DNA of 62,196 bases from Candidatus Saccharibacteria bacterium UBA6209 (lineage in GTDB: Bacteria > Patescibacteriota > Saccharimonadia > Saccharimonadales > Saccharimonadaceae): positions 1 to 62,196 of the forward strand of contig CAJPKE010000001.1 in the NCBI GenBank assembly GCA_905370345.1. The letters run 5' to 3'. Of the stretch, positions 49,274-59,561 are shown in pieces. Both the position numbers and the translations under genes were made by a program. Positions within the stretch are counted from its first letter, which is position 1, and each line of letters starts with the position of its first letter. Below the pieces are notes generated by a model. That model was not told where the DNA came from. It made no database searches and saw only the letters and a program-made list of their open reading frames with translations.

Positions 49274-50296
49274 TTATTCACTCTTTTTCAGATAATACGC
49301 CACATCCGCCACCAGTTCGACCAGGCGGTTAGAATAGCCCCATTCATTGTCATACCAGACCATAACCTTAATCAAATTACCACCAACTACCTTCGTCAAC
49401 GGAAGATCGACAATTCCAGAATATGAATTACCAATGAAGTCGCGGCTTACCAAAGGCTCCTCAGAAACACCCAAAATGCCTTGATAGAAATTACTCTGGG
49501 CGGCTTTTTTGAACGCGTCATTTACCTGTTCGACAGTCACATCTTTCCTGAGAAGCGCCGTCACGTCACTAAGTGACACCACTGGAGTCGGTACGCGCAC
49601 ACTAAGTCCATCAAATTTTCCAGTTAGCTGCGGCAAGGTTTTAGTTACAGCAATTGCGGCGCCAGTCGTAGTCGGAACAATGTTTTCGGCGGCGTTGCGA
49701 CCTTCTCTAAGATCCTTGGATGGCGCATCCTGAAGCTTTTGGCTAGCCGTATAACTATGCACCGTCGTTAGCATTGACTTTTCAACGCCAAACTCTGCGT
49801 CCAAAATCGCCATAACCGCGCCTAACGAATTGGTCGTACAACTAGCATTAGACACGATTGGTGTCGCGTTTTTTACCTTGTCATCGTTTGTCCCCAAAAC
49901 AATCGTATCAACTCCCTCGGACTTCGTCGGACCACTGATAACCACACGCTTTGCGCCAGCCGTTAAGTGCTTGCCCGCGCCATCTTTATCAGTGAAAAAT
50001 CCCGTCGATTCAATCACCACATCAATATTCAAATCTCGCCACGGCAGATTTTCTGGATCTTTCTCAGCCAGCACCTTAACCGACTTACCTTCAATAATCA
50101 GCTCGTTTTCCGTAAAATCAACTTGACGTCCGTACTCGCCGTAATTGCTGTCATGCTTCAACAAATACGCCAAAGTTTTCGTGTCAGTCAAATCATTGAT
50201 CGCGACAATTTCTAAGTCGCTTCGCTCGTTAGCAATTTTAAACGCATTGCGTCCGATTCGCCCGAAGCCGTTAATTGCTATTCTCGTTACAGCCAT
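49274..50296 (-). CDS. gap: Glyceraldehyde-3-phosphate dehydrogenase
   Basis: INGFGRIGR, SNASCTTN, WYDNEWGY. Confidence 0.97.
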   Translation of the reverse strand: MAVTRIAINGFGRIGRNAFKIANERSDLEIVAINDLTDTKTLAYLLKHDSNYGEYGRQVDFTENELIIEGKSVKVLAEKDPENLPWRDLNIDVVIESTGFFTDKDGAGKHLTAGAKRVVISGPTKSEGVDTIVLGTNDDKVKNATPIVSNASCTTNSLGAVMAILDAEFGVEKSMLTTVHSYTASQKLQDAPSKDLREGRNAAENIVPTTTGAAIAVTKTLPQLTGKFDGLSVRVPTPVVSLSDVTALLRKDVTVEQVNDAFKKAAQSNFYQGILGVSEEPLVSRDFIGNSYSGIVDLPLTKVVGGNLIKVMVWYDNEWGYSNRLVELVADVAYYLKKSE

Positions 50297-50366
50297 ATCG
50301 CCCTCCCTGTTAGATATTTTCGCTTTAGCTTTTCTTAATTATACTACAAAGTTGTATAATATAAAT

Positions 50367-51884
50367 ATGACGCGCGAAGAGTTATTATCAATCGCTGAAC
50401 AAAAATACGACGAAGTGCCAGTATTAGTTTTAGCGAGCGCAATCGATTACGCCACGGAAAAGCACGCTGGACAAAAGCGCAAAAGTGGCGAACCCTACAT
50501 TAATCACCCATTGGCAGTGGCGGGAATTCTGATTGAATGGGGTATGGATATTGATACAGTCGTAGCGGGAGTTCTGCACGACACCGTTGAAGATACCGAC
50601 GCAACTTTGGACGATTTGGAGAGTTTGTTTGGACGCGACGTGGCGTTTCTGGTGGATGGCGTAACTAAAGTTTCACAAGCTCGCGCTGGGATGCGAAATT
50701 TGGATAGTTATTTGCCACACACGAAGGACAATTTGACCAAGTTAATGATTGCTGTGGGCGAAGATGTGCGCGTGATAATTATCAAGCTAGCCGACCGCCT
50801 GCACAATATGCGAACCTTGCAATTTATGACTCCAGAAAAGCAGAAAAAAATCGCCAGAGAGACGATTGAAGTTTTTGCGCCGCTGGCTGACCGCTTAAAT
50901 ATGGGACGAGTTCGTGTTCAATTGGAAGAGCTGAGCTTTAGATATTTGATGCCGAAAGCTTTTCAAGAAACCAAAAATTTGATGGACAGTCGACTGAAAA
51001 AATCGCAACGAAAATTGGATCACGTTCGCCGCGAAGTTGAAGCGCGACTGAAGGCGGAAAAGCTAGTTTTCCAGATGGACGGACGCGTTAAGAGTGTTTA
51101 TAGTCTGTTTAAGAAATTAGACAAAGTTGGCGATATTGATAAGATTTACGATTTGATTGCCCTGAGGATAATTGTCGACGATTTATCGACTGGATATTTG
51201 GTTCTGGGAATTCTACACGATATGTATCAGCCGATGTATGAAAGAATAAAAGATTATGTTGCCAATCCAAAACCAAATGGCTATCAAAGCTTGCACACAA
51301 CCGTGCAAACTCCGAGCGGGCAAATTGTTGAATTCCAGATTCGCACCAAAGAAATGCACGAATATGCCGAGCGTGGTTTGGCTGCCAGCTTCCATTATAA
51401 TGAGCAAAAATTGACCGACGCCTATAAAAAAGGAAGAATCGGAACTATGCCAGCCGATTTGTCGTGGATTCGCGAACTTCAAGAAGCCGCCGCTTTAATT
51501 AGCGAAGGAAAGCGATTCGACTCCAACAAATTCCGAATGAAGCTGTTTTCTGACAGGATTTTCGTATATTCACCAAAGGGCGACATTTATGATTTGCCTC
51601 GCGGAGCGTTTCCCCTGGATTATGCCTATCGAATTCACTCCGATATCGCGGCACGCGCAAGTGGATTTAAGATCAATGGCGTAATGAAGCCGTTCAATTA
51701 CAAATTGAGACACGGCGATACAATTGAAGTCTTAACAAGCAAATCCGCTCGTCCAAAACCAGATTGGCGGGACGTCATAATTACACCACACGCCAAAGAT
51801 AAATTGCGCTTGCAATTGTCCCGCTCAAACGGCATCTTACAACAATTAACTGGCGGCGTTTCCTCGTTCTTCCGACACAAGTAA
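50367..51884 (+). CDS. RelA/SpoT homologue (hydrolase-synthetase-TGS, short form)
   Basis: RKSGEPYI.HP, LHDTVED, KLADRLHNMRTL, KPNGYQSLHT, EFQIRT, TGS; start at leaderless ATG 50367. Confidence 0.93.
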   Translation: MTREELLSIAEQKYDEVPVLVLASAIDYATEKHAGQKRKSGEPYINHPLAVAGILIEWGMDIDTVVAGVLHDTVEDTDATLDDLESLFGRDVAFLVDGVTKVSQARAGMRNLDSYLPHTKDNLTKLMIAVGEDVRVIIIKLADRLHNMRTLQFMTPEKQKKIARETIEVFAPLADRLNMGRVRVQLEELSFRYLMPKAFQETKNLMDSRLKKSQRKLDHVRREVEARLKAEKLVFQMDGRVKSVYSLFKKLDKVGDIDKIYDLIALRIIVDDLSTGYLVLGILHDMYQPMYERIKDYVANPKPNGYQSLHTTVQTPSGQIVEFQIRTKEMHEYAERGLAASFHYNEQKLTDAYKKGRIGTMPADLSWIRELQEAAALISEGKRFDSNKFRMKLFSDRIFVYSPKGDIYDLPRGAFPLDYAYRIHSDIAARASGFKINGVMKPFNYKLRHGDTIEVLTSKSARPKPDWRDVIITPHAKDKLRLQLSRSNGILQQLTGGVSSFFRHK

Positions 51885-51926
51885 CGCTCGCCAGTCTCCC
51901 AGTTTTAATCAATAATCAAACGCGAT

Positions 51927-52457
51927 TTATTTTTCGTTCCAACGAGTAATTGACTCGCGGATAATTTGCTTTGCCCTTTCTACGTCGCCGAATCCCTTGA
52001 CTACTGTTGAACCAGGCTTCTTCAAATCCTTGTAGTGATTGAAATGGTGTTCAATTTGCTTCAACAATTGTGAAGGTAGATCTTCTAGTGAGTTGATTGC
52101 GTTGCCAGTGTTTCGGTCGTCGGCTGGCACGACGATAACCTTGTCGTCGACTTCATTATCGTCAACGAACTCCAGCACGCCGATAACTTTTGCTTCCATA
52201 AAAATACCGGTCGTCAACGGTTCGTCGGTGATAATTAGCGCATCCAATTCGTCGCCATCTTCATCCAAAGTTTGTGGAATGAAACCGTAGTTTGTTGGCT
52301 TTGCAAAAATAGCTGGCTCAACACGGTCCAACTGCATCACCGCAAGCTCACGATTCCACTCAATTTTATGACTTGATCCCTGTGGAATCTCAACAACTAC
52401 ATTTACGATACCGTTTTCAACATCACCAGGTGTTAAAATTTGATTAAAATCTGCCAT
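51927..52457 (-). CDS. ppa: Family I inorganic pyrophosphatase
   Basis: NYGFIPQTLDEDGDELD, DDKVI, HFNHYKDL. Confidence 0.94.
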   Translation of the reverse strand: MADFNQILTPGDVENGIVNVVVEIPQGSSHKIEWNRELAVMQLDRVEPAIFAKPTNYGFIPQTLDEDGDELDALIITDEPLTTGIFMEAKVIGVLEFVDDNEVDDKVIVVPADDRNTGNAINSLEDLPSQLLKQIEHHFNHYKDLKKPGSTVVKGFGDVERAKQIIRESITRWNEK

Positions 52458-52460
52458 TTT

Positions 52461-53393
52461 TTACTCCTCTCTGGCCTTTTCTTGTAAATATTCACGAATC
52501 TGCAGCGCTGCCACCGCACCTTCACCAACCGCCGAAGCGATTTGCATAGTTGCCCCCGAGCGTACATCGCCAGAAGCAAAAACGCCAGGAATATTAGTGT
52601 GCAAATGTTCGTCAGTAATGATGTGTCCGCCCAAATCCAACTCAACATCCGAGTTTATCAGGAATTGCGTGTTCGGAATTAGCCCAATAAACACAAACAA
52701 TCCGTCAGCGGTAAATTCTTTCTGCTCGCCGTTTTGGGTCGACTTAACGCCGTAAAACTTATCGTCCTTGACAATAATTTCATCAGTCGTTGCACCGATA
52801 TGAACGGTAATTTTTCCATCATCGACATACTTCTGCAAATCTTTTTGCAAGATGTCACTGGCGCGCAACTTACTGCGAACTAGCAGATCAATGTGGCTAG
52901 CGTATCGCGTCAAAAATATCGCCTCTTGCACCGCTGAGTTTCCGCCACCGACAACGATTAGATTTTTATCACGATAAAACGCGCCGTCGCAAGTCGCACA
53001 GTAATGCACGCCTCGACCATATAATTCATCTTCGCCCGGAACGCCTAATTTGCGGTGATTCGAGCCAGTCGCTAGCAAAACCGACTTCGCGCGGACAGAT
53101 TGACCGTCAATCGTCAATTCCAACTCGCCATCAACTTGCTTCAATTCCGTCACGTCGCCATACTCAATCTTCGCACCAAATCGCTCCGCCTGCTGTTGCA
53201 ATTCAGATGCCAATTTCATTCCCGTAACGCCCTCGGCAAATCCAGGATAATTGTCAATTTGATCAGTAATCGCCGCCATTCCGCCGACCACGCCACGCTC
53301 ATATAGCGTCGTGTCGACATCTTCGCGCGACAAGTAAATTGCCGCCGTTAACGCGCTTGGACCAGCGCCAACAATAATAACATCTTTAGACAT
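52461..53393 (-). CDS. trxB: Thioredoxin reductase
   Basis: GAGPSA, CATCDG, GGGNSA, GDV. Confidence 0.93.
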   Translation of the reverse strand: MSKDVIIVGAGPSALTAAIYLSREDVDTTLYERGVVGGMAAITDQIDNYPGFAEGVTGMKLASELQQQAERFGAKIEYGDVTELKQVDGELELTIDGQSVRAKSVLLATGSNHRKLGVPGEDELYGRGVHYCATCDGAFYRDKNLIVVGGGNSAVQEAIFLTRYASHIDLLVRSKLRASDILQKDLQKYVDDGKITVHIGATTDEIIVKDDKFYGVKSTQNGEQKEFTADGLFVFIGLIPNTQFLINSDVELDLGGHIITDEHLHTNIPGVFASGDVRSGATMQIASAVGEGAVAALQIREYLQEKAREE

Positions 53394-54063
53394 TGAAACC
53401 TCGCGATCGATAATATTGCTTCATCACTTCTGGCATTTCTGGCTCTGGAATATCAGCCGGCTTTTCAACAGCCATCACCACAAACTTAAGCGGAGAATTT
53501 GCAGGAATTTTATCGCCCTGAGCTTTGTCGCCATAAGCCTTGTCGGCCGGGATTGTTAATTCACGCACGCCGCCAATTTTCATACCAATCAAGCCCTCTT
53601 TCCAGCCCTGAATGACTGCAGTATTTGCCGGACCATCCATATTGAGCGGAGCTTTCAACTTGCCGTCAGCGATTGATTGATCGAAAATCTCACCCTTAGC
53701 GTTCCAGCCAATATAGTAAACTGCCAGCTTGGTGTCATCCTTAACCTCGGCACCTTCGCCCTCAACCAAATCTTCCTTAACAAGCTCTTTCACGTCACCA
53801 GCTTCAAACGCACCAACTCGTGAGCTAAACTCAGAAAACTTACCGTAATATTTTTGACTCAATTCATTAGCCTGAGCCTCAACTTTCTTTTTTCGTTCGT
53901 CAGTAGCCTTGGTGTATTCGTCCTGAGCTTTCTTAAACGCGGCTTGGTCTTTGGCTTCATTTCCAGGCGCTACCATCATAGCGACAAATCCGCCAACGGT
54001 CCCCAAAAACATCATGCCGGCAATAACCCAAATACCTATTCTCTGGCCTTTTGTAGTTGCCAT
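53386..54063 (-). CDS. Membrane-anchored FKBP-type peptidyl-prolyl isomerase
   Basis: VIQGWKEGLIGMKIGGVRELTIP..AYG, IPANSPLKF. Confidence 0.9.
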   Translation of the reverse strand: MATTKGQRIGIWVIAGMMFLGTVGGFVAMMVAPGNEAKDQAAFKKAQDEYTKATDERKKKVEAQANELSQKYYGKFSEFSSRVGAFEAGDVKELVKEDLVEGEGAEVKDDTKLAVYYIGWNAKGEIFDQSIADGKLKAPLNMDGPANTAVIQGWKEGLIGMKIGGVRELTIPADKAYGDKAQGDKIPANSPLKFVVMAVEKPADIPEPEMPEVMKQYYRSRGFNV

Positions 54064-54121
54064 ATTCCTCCTTTATTTACCTTTCAATTATAGCAATTTT
54101 TATCAAGCGCAACAAATCACA

Positions 54122-56638
54122 TTAAACCTGAGCGGCGTCGAATTCTTCCGCAGCCATCGCAGCAATCTCCTCAATAATCGGCGCAATGTCTTTATCTTCC
54201 AGCGTCCGCTCGGCGCTCGTAAATTTTACATTCAAAGTTACAGTTTTTGTCGAATCGTCATTTTTTGGCTGATATATCGCAATTGGCGTTATGCTAATTT
54301 GTAACTCACTGTGTTTTTTCGCAACTTCTTCAGCGCAAGCATAAACCTTCGCATAATCAACATTCGAATCCATTTTCAATGAAATGTCTCTGGCAGTCGA
54401 CGGGAATCGACTTAACGGCTGGTAATTATAGCCCTGATTTTTACTCAGATTTTTCTGCAATTTTTCAATATCAATAGAAAACGCTGCCGTGTAATCTGGC
54501 AATTTGAAGTTGCGTCGGGCAGACTGAACCAGCTCGCCAACAATCCCTAAATTGTCACTGTTCTTCGCCACAATCCAAGCGCTGCGTTTTGCATCAAATG
54601 GCGCTGGAACGTCGCTGTCAGATTCCGCAATCTTCACAAAATCAACCTCAATACTCAAATCTTTCATCAGCCTTTCAGCAATTTTCCTCACCTTGTAAAA
54701 TGGCGCACCAACTTGGGGTTTTTTATTCGCATAAACTCCGTCAATGAAAGTCTTTTCAATCGGCAAATTCTCATCGTTAAACCCTAATTTCTTATCGTGA
54801 ATTTTGCCAATTTCAAACAGCATAAATTCGTCATGCCCAGATTTTATATTGGCATGAACTTTATCCAGCAAACTCGGCAAAATGCTAATTCGGTAATATT
54901 GCAAGTCTGGACTAAGCGCATTACTCAAGCGATACGCATTGCCAGGATCTTGCTCGGAATTTTTCAAAACGCGCTCATGAATAAAACTGTACGTCAAAAC
55001 TTCGTTCGCTCCAGACCTAGACAAACTTTGGCGAATCTTCTGCTTCAATTTGCGACGTTCATTCTTTGGCGCAGGCTTGATGCTTCGCTCTGGCAAATGA
55101 CGCGGCAATCTATCAAAGCCATATAATCGCCCAACTTCCTCAACAATATCCTCAGGAAGCTCAATATCTGTTCGCCAAAATGGCACTTGAATACAGATAT
55201 AGTCAGATTCTTTTTCCATACTGTGACTGCGAATCTCGACACTATTAAGCAGCTCGCAAATGTCGTCATCTGATAAATCCGAGCCTAATCTCTCATTTAT
55301 AAACTTACTATCGATATCAATATTCGCTGGCGTATATTTTCCATCGAAATAATCATCCATATGTCCGTCGAATTGCTTCAAATCAAAAACTTCGCTCGCC
55401 TGCACTCCACCAACCATATTCATCAATTGCTTTAATACGGCAGCATTTTGCAGAGGCGATTGCCCCTTGTTAAACCTAGTCAGAGCGTCGGTAAAAATTC
55501 CGTGGCGCATAGCCGTACGACGTAGCGCGTACATATCAAAATTGGCACATTCAAGGACAATATTCTTCGTTTCAGCCGAAACTTCCGTATCAACGCCGCC
55601 CATAATTCCAGCTAACCCAATCACACCTTCGCCATCAGCAATGACAATATCGTCAGCCGTCAATTCATATTCCTTACCATTAAGCAAACCGACTTTTTCG
55701 CCATCGTGCGCCATTCGCACGCCAAGTTTATGTCCACGCAACTTGTCGTAATCATAGGCGTGAGTCGGCTGCGCAGTCATAAACATCACGTAGTTTGTCG
55801 CGTCAACGATATTATTGATAGGCTTGCCGCCCATTGCGACTAATTGACATTGCAGCCACAACGGGCTTGAATGAACGGAAACATCACGAATTGCCACGGC
55901 CATAAAACGCTGTGCTAGTTCTGGTGCGTCATTCTCTACTGTCAGCTCCAAATCATTAGCGCCAGCAAACTGCTGATCCTGTCCATACCAATCAGGGCTG
56001 GTAAATCGTTGATGAAAAATCCCAGCAATTTCACGCGCCACGCCAAGTTGCCCGAAACAATCCGGCCTGTGTGTAAACATCTTATTCTCAATTTCCAGCA
56101 CGTAATCGTCCAGCTCAAAAACTTCAGCAAAACTTGCGCCAGCTTGAAGTGTAACGCCAGCCGGAATATCACGCTCATTGATCTCAATAATTCCCTCGTG
56201 ATCCGTACCAATCGCCAGCTCATCAGCCGCCGCCAGCATGCCCTGGCTTAGAATTCCACGCAGCGGTCGCGCATCCAGCACGAACGGCTCGGCGTCATCA
56301 AAACTTGCTGGGACGGTGCTTTTTGGTGGCAACCAAATTGCCCACATATCAGCATGAACATTCGGCGCACCGCAAACCACTTGCACTAGACCATTGTCAT
56401 CACGCGGCACATCTGCGACCACGCCGCCATCGTCAATTTTAGTCACACTCAAACGATCCGCATTCGGGTGCTTTTCACACTCAACAACCCGCACTATGCG
56501 CGCGCCACCATATTTGGCTTTCAGGTCAATCACTTCCTCGACACCACCAAGCTGCTGATTGACGCGCGACACCAACTCATCAACTGGCGGCAACTCAAAA
56601 TTAATCAATTGTTTTATAAGATTTAAGCTAACTTTCAT
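54122..56638 (-). CDS. pheT: Phenylalanine--tRNA ligase beta subunit
   Basis: KHPNADRL, VVCGAPN, RPDC, INNIVDATNY, EDIVEEVGRLYG, RDIS. Confidence 0.95.
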   Translation of the reverse strand: MKVSLNLIKQLINFELPPVDELVSRVNQQLGGVEEVIDLKAKYGGARIVRVVECEKHPNADRLSVTKIDDGGVVADVPRDDNGLVQVVCGAPNVHADMWAIWLPPKSTVPASFDDAEPFVLDARPLRGILSQGMLAAADELAIGTDHEGIIEINERDIPAGVTLQAGASFAEVFELDDYVLEIENKMFTHRPDCFGQLGVAREIAGIFHQRFTSPDWYGQDQQFAGANDLELTVENDAPELAQRFMAVAIRDVSVHSSPLWLQCQLVAMGGKPINNIVDATNYVMFMTAQPTHAYDYDKLRGHKLGVRMAHDGEKVGLLNGKEYELTADDIVIADGEGVIGLAGIMGGVDTEVSAETKNIVLECANFDMYALRRTAMRHGIFTDALTRFNKGQSPLQNAAVLKQLMNMVGGVQASEVFDLKQFDGHMDDYFDGKYTPANIDIDSKFINERLGSDLSDDDICELLNSVEIRSHSMEKESDYICIQVPFWRTDIELPEDIVEEVGRLYGFDRLPRHLPERSIKPAPKNERRKLKQKIRQSLSRSGANEVLTYSFIHERVLKNSEQDPGNAYRLSNALSPDLQYYRISILPSLLDKVHANIKSGHDEFMLFEIGKIHDKKLGFNDENLPIEKTFIDGVYANKKPQVGAPFYKVRKIAERLMKDLSIEVDFVKIAESDSDVPAPFDAKRSAWIVAKNSDNLGIVGELVQSARRNFKLPDYTAAFSIDIEKLQKNLSKNQGYNYQPLSRFPSTARDISLKMDSNVDYAKVYACAEEVAKKHSELQISITPIAIYQPKNDDSTKTVTLNVKFTSAERTLEDKDIAPIIEEIAAMAAEEFDAAQV

Positions 56639-56649
56639 ACTGATGTAAT
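56614..56649 (+). repeat. 36-bp direct repeat copy 1 (pheT start region)
   Basis: TTATAAGATTTAAGCTAACTTTCATACTGATGTAAT; 34/36 identical to 57125-57160. Confidence 0.9.
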
Positions 56650-56817
56650 TATATCATCTTACCGGCAAGTAATCGACCTTAGAAAACTACAAATTACCAA
56701 GGAAAAAATTGTTCTAGGATAAAATACAGCCGTCCTTGAACAGGCGGGAGATAATCCTCAAGGACGCCCCTCTCTTCAGACTTGGAGAGGAATCATTCCC
56801 CGAATTATAATATAGCT

Positions 56818-57093
56818 ATGGACTACGATAGATATCTAGAATTGCAAACTCGCCTAGAATGGTTTTATGATTTTCATCCAGAGTTTTTTAATGATATTTC
56901 ACCCGAGCAGAAGAAACTACTGCAGGATAGGTTCCTATACGACGCACCCGACGAACACTATCCGGCGTCATTACGGGATTTTTATGATAAGAATATTGAC
57001 AATCAGCCAACACTTCAGAACGATATGCTCTTAGCAGTAGATGCTTTATATAAAGCGGCGGGAGCTGGAAGCTTGTTTGATTATGATAAATAA
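56818..57093 (+). CDS. Hypothetical protein between the pheT-start repeats
   Basis: 91 aa from leaderless TATAAT-6-ATG. Confidence 0.7.
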   Translation: MDYDRYLELQTRLEWFYDFHPEFFNDISPEQKKLLQDRFLYDAPDEHYPASLRDFYDKNIDNQPTLQNDMLLAVDALYKAAGAGSLFDYDK

Positions 57094-57124
57094 AGCTTTT
57101 CTTCGTACGAACACGCCACCGAGC

Positions 57125-57160
57125 TTATAAGATTTAAGTTAACTTTCATACTGATGCAAT
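57125..57160 (+). repeat. 36-bp direct repeat copy 2 (relic pheT start)
   Basis: TTATAAGATTTAAGTTAACTTTCATACTGATGCAAT; minus strand encodes MKVNLNLI versus PheT MKVSLNLI. Confidence 0.9.
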
Positions 57161-57268
57161 AAATTCATGATTCACAACTTGCATTCAGCATATTCTTTAC
57201 CAGCAGACCACGATACACGTCATAAAACTGTCCATTTTTCACACTCAAAATAGTACAATTATAAAGAT

Positions 57269-57652
57269 ATGAAAAATAGCATCGGCATCACAATACCAGA
57301 TTTTATCACTCAAGCCTTTCCTTTACTTAATGAAGCAACATATGTTCGTGAATTTGCTTCTTTCATCACGCTATATCCAGATGCGGTCTATTATCTATTT
57401 CAAACAACAGCTGGCCAGTCGCTCATACTTGTAGCAATTGACTATCCCGACCCAATGGACGAGAGCCAACAGGTAAAGAAAATATCTGGCGGTTTTGAGT
57501 TTGAATTCACATATCTTATCAAGCCGTATGCCAATGACCAGCACCTTAGAATCTGTCCAAATGATGAGGTAGAAGAACTATTTTTCGTCTCGGACCCAAA
57601 TGGTCGTTGCCACTATTATCTGGCAGCAGTCAAACAAAAGCGGAGTTGGTAG
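57269..57652 (+). CDS. Hypothetical protein
   Basis: 127-aa ORF with upstream TACAAT. Confidence 0.65.
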   Translation: MKNSIGITIPDFITQAFPLLNEATYVREFASFITLYPDAVYYLFQTTAGQSLILVAIDYPDPMDESQQVKKISGGFEFEFTYLIKPYANDQHLRICPNDEVEELFFVSDPNGRCHYYLAAVKQKRSW

Positions 57653-57748
57653 GTTTATGTTGACTGAGCGCTTCTAAGTTCGAGAAGACCCCGTCCTGGT
57701 AGCATAAAGCTGCCTGGGTAGGGTGTGCTACCTTGCTATAATAAACCT

Positions 57749-58392
57749 ATGATTCATAAGCTATACTCTGCCTACGATTTGCCAGCAGGCCACGACACGT
57801 GCCACTTGTTTGAGCATCTGATTATTAGGCGATTCTTAAAGGAAACGGAAAAAGTTGGCGGCAACCGAGCTTTTACTGGAGAGTTAGATGGCACGACTAG
57901 CGAATCAAGCGTATTTTTTACGTCTGCACTATTCACAAGCGAGTCTAATACATTATTTGAACAAACCATCAACGATATTACGCCTTTTGAGGCGTCTCTT
58001 ATTTAACAGTCCATCTCACACATAGAAGCCGAGATGCAATCCAACATTGATATAGCAGACATGACGCTATTACAAGAACAGCTCGCTCTTTGTCAAAAAT
58101 ATTTTATCGATAGTCAAAAAACCACTCCCAGCAATTCACACCCAAAATCTAAGATTTCTCCTCTTAAAATCAGCCATACTTACAAAGCTTTAACATATCC
58201 TCGCACGCAACCGACCTAAGAAACCTTGCCGAAGCTTTCGCGTCTGATCCATTTTATATTTCAGTTCCCATATATTTTTATCAACAAACCGCTACGCCAC
58301 TAGCCAGAAATGACCTAGCGAAAACTATAAACGTCGCAAATATGAACGCAATCCTAAAACAAGTAAAGGCGACGATAGTCCTGGATTATTAG
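57749..58392 (+). pseudogene. Disrupted gene with M16-peptidase-like HxxEH motif
   Basis: CHLFEHL near the N-terminus; in-frame TAA at 58004-58006 with the frame continuing; frame switch near 58170-58180 to a tail ending TIVLDY*. Confidence 0.7.
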
Positions 58393-58459
58393 CCCTAGCC
58401 GATTTTCTAGCAGAGAAAAGATTCTGAAGAGGAAATATTAACGCCGCCAATATGCAAGC

Positions 58460-58801
58460 TTACTGACAAACCTTAAACTCAATACCAATCACGCCATAAA
58501 TCTTTTGGTCTTCAATAGAATAAAATTCAGAAATTTGATTTTCTAACCATTCGACATTATCACCGCCGAACTTTCGCGGATTATTGTGAGAAAATAAGTC
58601 ACGAAATGTCGCGTATCTCAGCAAACCAACAACCTCAGCGGTAACGGTTTGCTCGGAATTATCTCTATTTGTAAAAATAATCCAATCCCCGATCTGGATT
58701 TTCTGTCGTTTGGTATCATATAGTCGCGACTCGATAGTCTTATTGCCAGAAATAATAGCATTAAACGGCTCAGTCGCCAATTTTAATTGGTGTGTGGTCA
58801 T
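58460..58801 (-). CDS. ASCH domain protein
   Basis: F..I.SGNKTIESRL.D.KRQ.I..GD.I.F signature. Confidence 0.88.
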   Translation of the reverse strand: MTTHQLKLATEPFNAIISGNKTIESRLYDTKRQKIQIGDWIIFTNRDNSEQTVTAEVVGLLRYATFRDLFSHNNPRKFGGDNVEWLENQISEFYSIEDQKIYGVIGIEFKVCQ

Positions 58802-58886
58802 AAAATTATTTGCCTTTCTTGCTATAATTAAACCATAATATAAACAAGTATTCAAATATCTACACTTCCATAAGAAAGGCTATCAA

Positions 58887-59453
58887 ATGACCAAGAAACT
58901 ACTAGAAATCGAACGCAAGCGCCAGCTAACGGGCAATATTGAAGAACTAATCGAGCAGCTGCAAAACATCGGTTTTGAGCTAAAGAGTAATCTACGCGAA
59001 ATTGATACGTATTATTCTCGTCCTGATGTCGATTTTATGCAGACGGTTGAATGCTTGCGGATTCGCCAGCGTGATAGTTTTGCTGAGGTAACATATAAGC
59101 CAGCAACGACTACTGCAACACATACGGAGAATGATGTAATCATTAAGCCCGAGACAAACCTGCCAATTCAGCCCGAAGATGCGGCAACCGCCAAGCAGCT
59201 ACTGGCAAACCTCGGTATGATGCAACTGGTTGAGGTCAACAAATACCGTCGCTCGTTTCAGTCCTCTGATTTTCCGCAGGCAACGGTAGCTATTGATGAA
59301 ATTAAAGATGCTGGAACTTTCGTGGAAGTTGAGGTTTTGTCAGATGATGAGGCTAGTGCACTTATAATGATTAGTGAAATTGAAACCAAACTCAGTCTGG
59401 ATTCAATGGAAATTGTGACGCGACCTTATCGGGATATTTGTATGGGACTTTAA
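58887..59453 (+). CDS. CYTH domain protein (class IV adenylate cyclase / triphosphatase family)
   Basis: EIERK, DTYY, LRIR, TYK, K.R, G.FVEVE. Confidence 0.88.
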   Translation: MTKKLLEIERKRQLTGNIEELIEQLQNIGFELKSNLREIDTYYSRPDVDFMQTVECLRIRQRDSFAEVTYKPATTTATHTENDVIIKPETNLPIQPEDAATAKQLLANLGMMQLVEVNKYRRSFQSSDFPQATVAIDEIKDAGTFVEVEVLSDDEASALIMISEIETKLSLDSMEIVTRPYRDICMGL

Positions 59454-59561
59454 TTGCAAGCTCACTACAAACCGCACACCCCGCCCGCAATGTGCGTGTC
59501 AAAGATGCGCCAAGCGTGAGCACGGCGGCCTCCGTCATAGAACGGAGTCCGATAGGACGGT

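Noticed and set aside
50145..50366. N-terminal extension of Rel overlapping gap
   Set aside because: Antisense to gap; TATAAT-6-ATG at 50367 is the better start
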